Part shown: in pieces, positions 56,640-64,000 of the stretch
Layout of the letters: each line of letters begins with the position of its first letter
Position numbering within the stretch: the first letter of the stretch is position 1
From: Eledone cirrhosa
Taxonomy: Eukaryota
Assembly: GCA_964016885.1 (NCBI GenBank)
Contig: OZ024752.1
Span: 49,662,001-49,726,000 of the forward strand
Direction: 5' to 3'
Length of the DNA stretch: 64,000 nucleotides
Notes under the pieces: generated by a model
What the model was told of the DNA's origin: nothing
Databases searched by the model: none
What the model saw: only the letters and a program-made list of their open reading frames with translations
Translations under genes and position numbers: made by a program

Positions 56640-57117
56640 CCTCCACCTCACAGCTTCTCCACCGCCCCACCTCCTCCCTACATCTCCACTCCACCCCCTC
56701 TAATCAATCTGTTTATCTATATCCAGTTGCCCTCCTCCTCACATCTCCACCCCAACTCCTCCCTCACACCACCACCACCCAACCTCCTCCCTACATCTCC
56801 ACCCCCACCTCACCCCATCCCCACCCCCACCCCTCTAATCAATCTGTTTATCTATGTCCAGTTGCCCTCCCCCACACCACCACCCCAACCTCCTCCCTAC
56901 ATCTCCACACCACCACCCCACATCTCCACCCACCCCCTTCTAATCAATCTGTTTATCTATGCCCAGTCCCCCCCCCCCCACATCTCCCCTTCCCCCTCCC
57001 CACACCACCACCCCAACCTCCTCCCTACATCTCCACACCACCACCCCACATCTCCACCCCACCCCCACCCGCCCCCCTTCTAATCAATCTGTTTATCTAT
57101 GTCCAGTTGCCCTCCCT
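56640..57117. repeat. C-rich degenerate tandem repeat, 4 units
   Basis: ctaatcaatctgtttatctat recurs at about 56700, 56835, 56940 and 57080. Confidence 0.85.
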
Positions 57118-57156
57118 TTAATTCAACCATCTGATACGAACCCTGTCACATCTGGA

Positions 57157-57216
57157 TTACGATTTAGGAGAAGGATTAGGATTAAACCCGAGATTAGTTC
57201 CAGGAATTTGCCAGAT
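57157..57216 (-). CDS. Weak candidate terminal exon, unknown gene
   Basis: Branch-like CACTAAC ... tctttttaatggcag, then IWQIPGTNLGFNPNPSPKS*. Unique sequence between repeats. Confidence 0.18.
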   Translation of the reverse strand: MWQIPGTNLGFNPNPSPKS

Positions 57217-57303
57217 CTGCCATTAAAAAGATGTTGGTGTTTATGGATTGGTGTGTTAGTGTGTTTGTTAGTTCTTTAACCTCTTCCTTACATAACAACT
57301 TTA

Positions 57304-57737
57304 TTATGTAATGTCATAGGATGGCGCCAGATTGGCAGTAAAATCGGTAGAGCGACCAGCAGACACCATGTTTTGCAGCATGGAGTTATGGCTTTTTATG
57401 TTCTGAGTTTAAATCCTGCTAGGGTTAGCTCTGCCTTTCATCCTTACGGGGTTGATAAAAATAAAGTACCAGTAATACACTGAGGTAATTGCTGTCCTTG
57501 TGCTTATAGTAGAAACAATTATGTAATGTCATAGGATGGCGCTAGATTGGCAGTAAAATCGGTAGAGCGACCAGCAGACACCATGTTTTGCAGCATGGAG
57601 TCATGGCTTTTTATGTTCTGAGTTCAAATTCTGCCAAGGCACAGAGGCTAGCTTTGCCTTTCATCCTTACGGGGTCAATAAAATAAAGTACCAGTAATAC
57701 ACTGAGGTAATTGCTGGCCTTGTGCCAAAAATAGAAA
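57304..57737 (+). mobile_element. Tandem duplication of a Nin SINE with its 5' flank
   Basis: ttatgtaatgtcataggatggcg... starts at 57304 and again at 57519. Confidence 0.85.
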
Positions 57738-57939
57738 TATATATATATATATATATATAACGCATTTGTACATACATATGTACATTTGTGAGTGTATATA
57801 CATACATATACACACACCTAACTATATTTCCTTATATTTTTTTATATATTTTATATATCTCTTGCATTACTTTTATTTATATATATATTTTTTTTTGCAT
57901 TTCTTGAGGAGACTTTCCAAATATTTCACTATGTTTTAT

Positions 57940-58017
57940 ATTGCCTTGTCTGACGAACGAATGAGGACGTTTTTTTCGTATTTGTCTTATTCGGGAAACC
58001 TCTGGTAATGAGGTAAT
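57940..58017 (+). ncRNA. Hammerhead ribozyme, family F-related, intact core
   Basis: auugccuugu CUGACGA a-cgaaugaggac...gucuuauucg-g GAAA cc-ucu-gg UA augagguaau. Stem I 10 bp; predicted cut after 58007. Downstream cttacatagagcactctt is shared with 17184-17201. Confidence 0.8.
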
Positions 58018-58734
58018 TATATTGTATTGTTTATTATACATTAAATTTTGCTCTGGTACTTACATAGAGCACTCTTCACTCCTATGACTTTTTCAATTTT
58101 CAACGGAAACTTCAATACCTATATATGTATATATATATATATATACATACATATAACCCATGTGCAAACCACGCAATATTCTTCTTTCTTCTCATGTTTT
58201 TTTATATATATTTACCTCGGCTGTGTTTGTCTGTTTCTCTCTTACTGCTTCCCCGCTCTCTCTGTTTCTCTCACCTTCTTTCGCCCCCTCTGTCAGTTAC
58301 ACTTTCTCTCGACTGACCTCTTCCTCACACTTCCACTCACTCACTCTCTGTTTCTGCCCTTCTCACTTCCTCCCGTTTGTCTTGTGTGGGTCTCTTCTTG
58401 CTCACATCTCACACACATCAAGACGGTCTGTACTTCTCTCGCTCATGAAATCCACCCAGCTTATGCTGATTGGACAACCATGTTGCTTGTTTATTTTCCT
58501 ATCTTCGGTTTGCTTTTATCCTTCTATGTTGTTTACTTGTCCCCCTCGCTTTACGCGAATTCTGGTCCCAATAACTTTTTTTAGTTATTGCTCACACCAG
58601 CCTGAGGTATATGATTTTTAATGCAATGAAATACCAATGATGGTTGGAAAATCACTGACGAAGGACTATTTTTATCATATGTAACCCATGTGCAAACCAC
58701 GCAGTATTCTTCTTTCTTCTCATGTTTTATATAT

Positions 58735-59075
58735 CATCATCATTCATCATTTCATTTTACGTCCGCTTTTTCCCTGCTTGCAAGGGTGGGATGGGAACTG
58801 ATTTTGGCTTGATTTCTACAGCTGGATGCCCTTCCTAACACCAACCTCATTTACAGTGAGTGTTGGGTGCTTTTTTGCCGTGGCACCTCCACGACCACTT
58901 TGCAGTGGAATGATAGGGACCCCAGTCCTATCATCTCATTTCTACAGCTGAGTAAACTGGAGCAATGTGAAATAAAGTGTCTTGCTCAAGGAAACAACAC
59001 ATCACCCGGTCTGAGAATTGAACTCACAACCTTTCGATTGCAAGGCCAATGCTCTAACCACTAAGCCATGTGCCT
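58735..59075 (-). mobile_element. SINE family M, full length
   Basis: Reverse complement of 14339-14682. Confidence 0.9.
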
Positions 59076-59477
59076 TATTATATATATATATATTATATAT
59101 ATATATATAATATATATGTGTGTATGTATATATATATACACACATACACACATATATATATATTCACACATACATACACACACATACATACATACACACA
59201 CATAACTGCATACCAGAAGGCTATTTAATCCACTGCTCTAGTGACTGCGCCAGCCAATGCCATACTAAGTGATATAATAGTGAGACTAAGCAGGATGACA
59301 TAGTAAAGATATAAGGAAAGTAGAAGTGAAAGTAGGAGAAGGGGGAAAGGAAGGAGGTGGCTATAGAAAGAGGAGGAGGGTGTAATATATGGGTGGAGGA
59401 GGAGGAGGGCTTAAGAAGTTGGGGAATTGGGAAAGGCAGAGGGGAACTGGTCAGGCATGGAGGAAAGTGAGCTGGAT

Positions 59478-60845
59478 GGTTGGGTGGTTGGCTGGCTGGT
59501 TGGTTGGCTGGTTGGCTGGTTGGCTGGCTGGTTGGCTGGTTGGCTGGTTGGCTGGTTGGCTGGTTGGCTGGTTGACTGGTTGGCTGGTTGGCTGGTTGTT
59601 TGGTTGGTTGGTTGGTTGGTTGGTTGGTTGGTTGGTTGGTTGGTTGGTTGGTTGGTTGATTGGTTGGCTGGTTGGTTGGCTGGTTGACTGCCTGGTTGGT
59701 TGGTTGGTTGGTTGGTATGCTGGCTGGTTGGTTGGTATGCTGGCTGGTTGTTTGGTTGGTTGGTTGGTTGGTTGGTTGGTTGGTTGGTTTGTTGGTTGGT
59801 TGGTTGGTTGGTTGGTTGGTTGGCTGGTTGGTTGGTTGGTTGGTTGGTTGGTTGGTTGGTTGGCTGGTTGGTTGGTTGGTTGGTTGGCTGGTTGGTTGGT
59901 TGGTTGGTATGCTGGCTGGTTGGTTGGTATGCTGGCTGGTTGTTTGGTTGGTTGGTTGGTTGGTTGGTTGGTTGGTTGGTTGGTTGGTTGGTTGGCTGGT
60001 TGGTTGGTTGGTTGGTATGCTGGCTGGTTGGTTGGTATGCTGGCTGGTTGTTTGGTTGGTTGGTTGGTTGGTTGGTTGGTTGGTTGGTTTGTTGGTTGGT
60101 TGGTTGGTTGGTTGGTTGGTTGGCTGGTTGGTTGGCTGGTTGACTGCCTGGTTGGTTGGTATGCTGGCTGGTTGGTTGGCTGGTTGGCTGGTTGGTTGGT
60201 ATGCTGGCTGGTTGTTTGGTTGGTTGGTTGGTTGGTTTGTTGGTTGGTTGGCTGGTTGGTTGGCTGGTTGGCTGGTTGGTTGGCTGGTTGACTGCCTGGT
60301 TGGTTGGTATGCTGGCTGGTTGGTTGGCTGGTTGGCTGGTTGGTTGGTATGCTGGCTGGTTGTTTGGTTGGTTGGTTTGTTGGTTGGTTGGTTGGTTGGT
60401 TGGTTGGTTTGTTGGTTGGTTGGTTGGTTGGTTGGTTGGTTGGCTGGTTGGTTGGCTGGTTGGCTGGTTGTTTGGTTGACTGGCTGGTTGGTTGGTTGGT
60501 ATGCTGGCTGGTTGTTTGGTTGACTGGCTGGTTGGTTGGTTGGTTGGTTGGTTGGTTGGTTGGTTGGTTGGCTGGTTGGCTGGTATGCTGGCTGGTTGTT
60601 TGGTTGACTGGTTGGTTAGTTGGTTGGTTGATATGCTGGCTGGTTGTTTGGTTGACTGGTTGGTTGGCTGGTTGGTTGGTATGCTGGCTGGTTGTTTGGT
60701 TGACTGGTTGGTTAGTTGGATAGTTGGTTAGCTGGCTGGTTGGCTGGTTGGTTGGTATGTTGGTTGGTTGGTTCGCTGGATAGTATGTTTGTATGCTGGT
60801 TGGATGGTATGCTGGTATGCTGGTTAGTTGGTATGCTGGTTGATG
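59478..60845. repeat. (GGTT/GGCT)n tetranucleotide satellite with higher-order blocks
   Basis: Recurrent markers ggtatgctgg and ttgactgcct. Confidence 0.97.
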
Positions 60846-61113
60846 GGTGGACAGGCAAGTCTACAGAGCGTAAGGGGTGGGTTGAGAACCAGAGAAGAAG
60901 TGTGAGTGGTGGGGAAGGGGGCAGGGATGTCAAAAAAAAAGGTAGCGGTGAGAGGAGAGAGCTTAAGAAGGAAGAGAGTTACTGGAGGGGTGGGGCAGGA
61001 GAGGGTTGGGCAGGAGAGGATTAAAGCAATGAATAATGGAGTTGGGTATAGTTGTAGAGGAATGGACCTAGACATAAAGGGGGAGTGGACAGTAGTAGTG
61101 GTAGTAATAGTAA

Positions 61114-61156
<43 letters not shown>

Positions 61157-61199
61157 GGTGGTGATGGTGGTGGTGGTGGTGGTGGTGGTGGTAATAGTA

Positions 61200-61242
<43 letters not shown>

Positions 61243-61279
61243 GGTGGTGGTGGTGGTGGTGGTGGTGGTGGTGGTGGTG

Positions 61280-61325
<46 letters not shown>

Positions 61326-61327
61326 CG

Positions 61328-61382
<55 letters not shown>

Positions 61383-61604
61383 CAGCAGCAGTAGTAGGAG
61401 GAGCGGGAGGGGGAGGAGGTAGTTAGTATTTGGTGATCTAAGAGAAGTGGTGACTTATGGACACCGGGGTGGCGGGGGGGTGAGAGAAGACGGGGAGCGG
61501 TGAGAGGAGGGAGGGGAGCAGTGAGAGGTGGCAGGAGAGAGGGGGAGATATTTGGTAATGACAGAGCTTAAGATGTGTAATATGGTTGATTAGCAAGTAG
61601 GGAG

Positions 61605-62100
61605 AGAGAGAGTAACATAGTAGAAGAGGAGAGAGAGGGGGAGAAGTGATTAGATAGACAGACACTACAGAGAGAGAGGGGGAAGAGGAGGAGTGAGAGA
61701 GGGAGAGAGAGACAGTAACATAGTATAAGTAGAGGGAGAGGGGGAGGGTGATTAGATAGACAGACACTACAGAGAGAGGGGGGAAGAGGAGGAGTGAGAG
61801 AGAGGGAGAGACAGTAACATAGTATAAGTGGAGGGAGAGGAGAAGGGACAGACACTACAGAAAGAGAGGGGTTGGGAGGAGAGTGAGAGAGGGAGAGAGA
61901 GATAGAGAGAGAGTAACATAGTATAAGTGGAGGGAGAGGGGAGAAGTGATTAGATAGACAGACACTACAGAGAGAGAGGGGAAGAGGAGGAGTGAGAGAG
62001 AGAGGGAGAGAGAGAGACAGTAACATAGTATAAGTGGAGGGAGAGGAGAAGGGACAGACACTACAGAAAGAGAGGGGGTGGGAGGAGAGTGAGAGAGGGA
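61605..62100. repeat. GA-rich degenerate tandem repeat
   Basis: Recurring gtaacatagtataagtggaggg and gacagacactacaga blocks. Confidence 0.85.
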
Positions 62101-62296
62101 GAGAGGTGTAGAGAAAGATGCGAGAGGGGCGAGTGAGAGAGTAAAAAGGGATGCGAGAGAGAGAGAGAAAGAGAGAGAGAGGTAGAGAAAGCGCAGCAAA
62201 CAAACAGAGGCTGAGAGATAGATAGAGAGACAGATAGAGAGAGAGAGAGAGATAGATAGGTAGATAGAGAGGGGGGGTGAGATAGATAGATAGATA

Positions 62297-62327
<31 letters not shown>

Positions 62328-62457
62328 GAGGGGGTAGTTAGATAATAACAGAGATAAAAATACTGAAATGATGAAAATGTTTTTTTCCAGGGAAATTCTA
62401 GGTAGTCATCTAGTATATATATATTTAGTAACACATATACATATTTTTTTAATCGAT

Positions 62458-62616
62458 CGACTTTCGTCAAATCGGACCGAGGAAACAATGTTTCCGTTGG
62501 TCTTTCCAATTGCTAGTACTATCTATCGGTCGCAACTCCAGGTAGAAGGAGCAACGTGAAATAAAGTGTCTTGCTCAAGGACATAACGCATCGCCCGGTC
62601 CAGGAATCGAACTCAC
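62458..62616 (-). mobile_element. SINE M2 internal fragment
   Basis: Reverse complement of 43418-43577 (B box, centre and hairpin). Confidence 0.8.
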
Positions 62617-62649
62617 ATATACATATATATGTGTATATATATGTATATA

Positions 62650-62839
62650 TCCAGAAATAGCCGTCGAAACGGCTTGAGCTCTGCCGTCGGGGTCACACTT
62701 TTTCCTGTTTCCCACTCTACTACCCTAAGATGGACCATAACGTACCAGAGTACTCAATACTTAGGGTAGTAGAGTGGGAAATAAGAAATAGCCGTCGAAA
62801 CGGCTTGAGCTCTGCCGTCGGGGTCTTACTTTTTCCTAT
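62650..62839. mobile_element. Family C module, forward-reverse-forward patchwork
   Basis: + copy 62650-62729, inverted distal piece 62730-62788, second + copy 62784-62839. Two GAAA-stem III-GUC half hammerheads. Confidence 0.7.
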
Positions 62840-62909
62840 ATATATATATATATATATATATTATTCAAAATAATAATAAATGAAGACATTCACATAATCA
62901 AAATATATG

Positions 62910-62971
62910 TTTTATTATATATATTTTGAAGGTACTGTGCTGTTTTTTCAGTACGTCCTCATCAGATAAAA
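62910..62971 (-). ncRNA. Hammerhead motif, family B, G12A mutant (predicted inactive)
   Basis: uuuuau CUGAUGA ggacguacug...caguaccuuc AAAA uauaua UA auaaaa. Confidence 0.65.
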
Positions 62972-63123
62972 TACATGAATTGATGTATGACATACCACAA
63001 CTGTCTTGATAGTTCAATTCCAGTATTGGCAGTCAATGTAGAGTGCTTTTAATCTATTGTAAAACTATATTCATTGAGTAATCAATGAACGATATTAATC
63101 TTTGGTTATATATATATATATAT

Positions 63124-63176
63124 GGGCTTCCTGATGATTTCTCCCAAATGAAACAGTTCTAGTCCTGTATAAGCCT
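63124..63176 (+). ncRNA. Hammerhead motif, family A (module to about 63256)
   Basis: gggcuuc CUGAUGA uuucucccaaau GAAA cag-uucuaguc-cug UA uaagccu. Confidence 0.6.
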
Positions 63177-63344
63177 TTCCTATATTAAATATATATACTC
63201 TGCTTTGTATTGAGTACCTTACTTACTGTGGTTACCTCCGATTGAACCTGGGATAAAGAAATATTAGTGGCATATGCTTTATAAAATGGCGGTGGTGTTA
63301 ATGGTATCGGAGGTGGTGGTAGGGGGGGGTAGTGATGGTGGTAG

Positions 63345-63366
63345 TGGTGTTAATAGTATATAGTTA

Positions 63367-63419
<53 letters not shown>

Positions 63420-63488
63420 TTAATAGTATATAGTTATAGTAATAGTAGTAGTAGTAGTAGTAGTAGTAGTGTTAATAGTATATAGTTA

Positions 63489-63529
<41 letters not shown>

Positions 63530-63546
63530 TTAATAGTATATAGTTA

Positions 63547-63593
<47 letters not shown>

Positions 63594-63610
63594 TTAATAG
63601 TATATAGTTA

Positions 63611-63669
<59 letters not shown>

Positions 63670-63692
63670 TTAATAGTATATAGTTATACTAA

Positions 63693-63724
<32 letters not shown>

Positions 63725-63736
63725 TATAGTTATAGT
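63345..63736. repeat. Compound repeat: tgttaatagtatatagttat plus variable (AGT)n
   Basis: About 6-7 units visible. Confidence 0.9.
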
Positions 63737-64000
63737 GGTGGTGGTGGTAGTAGTAGTAGTGGTGGTGGTTTCAATATTTGGAGCAGAGGATGTTGAACCA
63801 GATGTTTGATGTCCTCACTGGTGTTGTTGTTGTTGTTGTTGTCTTGTCCTCAGTGTTGTTGTTGTTGTCTTGTGATGTTGTTGTTGTTGTTGTTGTCTTG
63901 TCCTCAGTGTTGTTGATTCCTTGTGATGTTGTTGTTGTTGTTGTTGTTGTTGATGATATTGTTGTTGTTGTTGTTGTTGTTGTTGCTGTCAATGTCACTG

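Noticed and set aside
59478-60845. Interstitial telomeric repeat
   Set aside because: The unit is GGTT/GGCT, not TTAGGG.

Overview
AT-rich, repeat-saturated eukaryotic DNA, intronic or intergenic. It is most likely from an octopod cephalopod; this is inferred from the tRNA-derived Nin- and CORE/Meta-type SINEs with RTE-like tails and the huge (TA)n tracts. No intact protein-coding gene is visible. Almost all ORFs in the track are microsatellite read-throughs; the real coding remnants are 3' ends of RTE-clade and L1/Tx1-clade LINEs. The window holds two main SINE families, piggyBac-like and hAT-like MITEs, several minisatellites and many inverted repeats. The main unexplained signal is about 13 full-length (intact or point-mutated) type I hammerhead ribozyme motifs plus several half motifs, from at least 6 sequence families. 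They sit in short non-coding modules embedded in (TA)n, often as head-to-head palindromes, which resembles Penelope-like pseudo-LTRs or retrozymes. Stems covary between copies. Non-canonical features include a U3-A8 core, a U.U pair at 10.1/11.1 and palindromic stem III loops. All structures were folded by eye and none has been tested. Two weak candidate minus-strand terminal exons are also noted.
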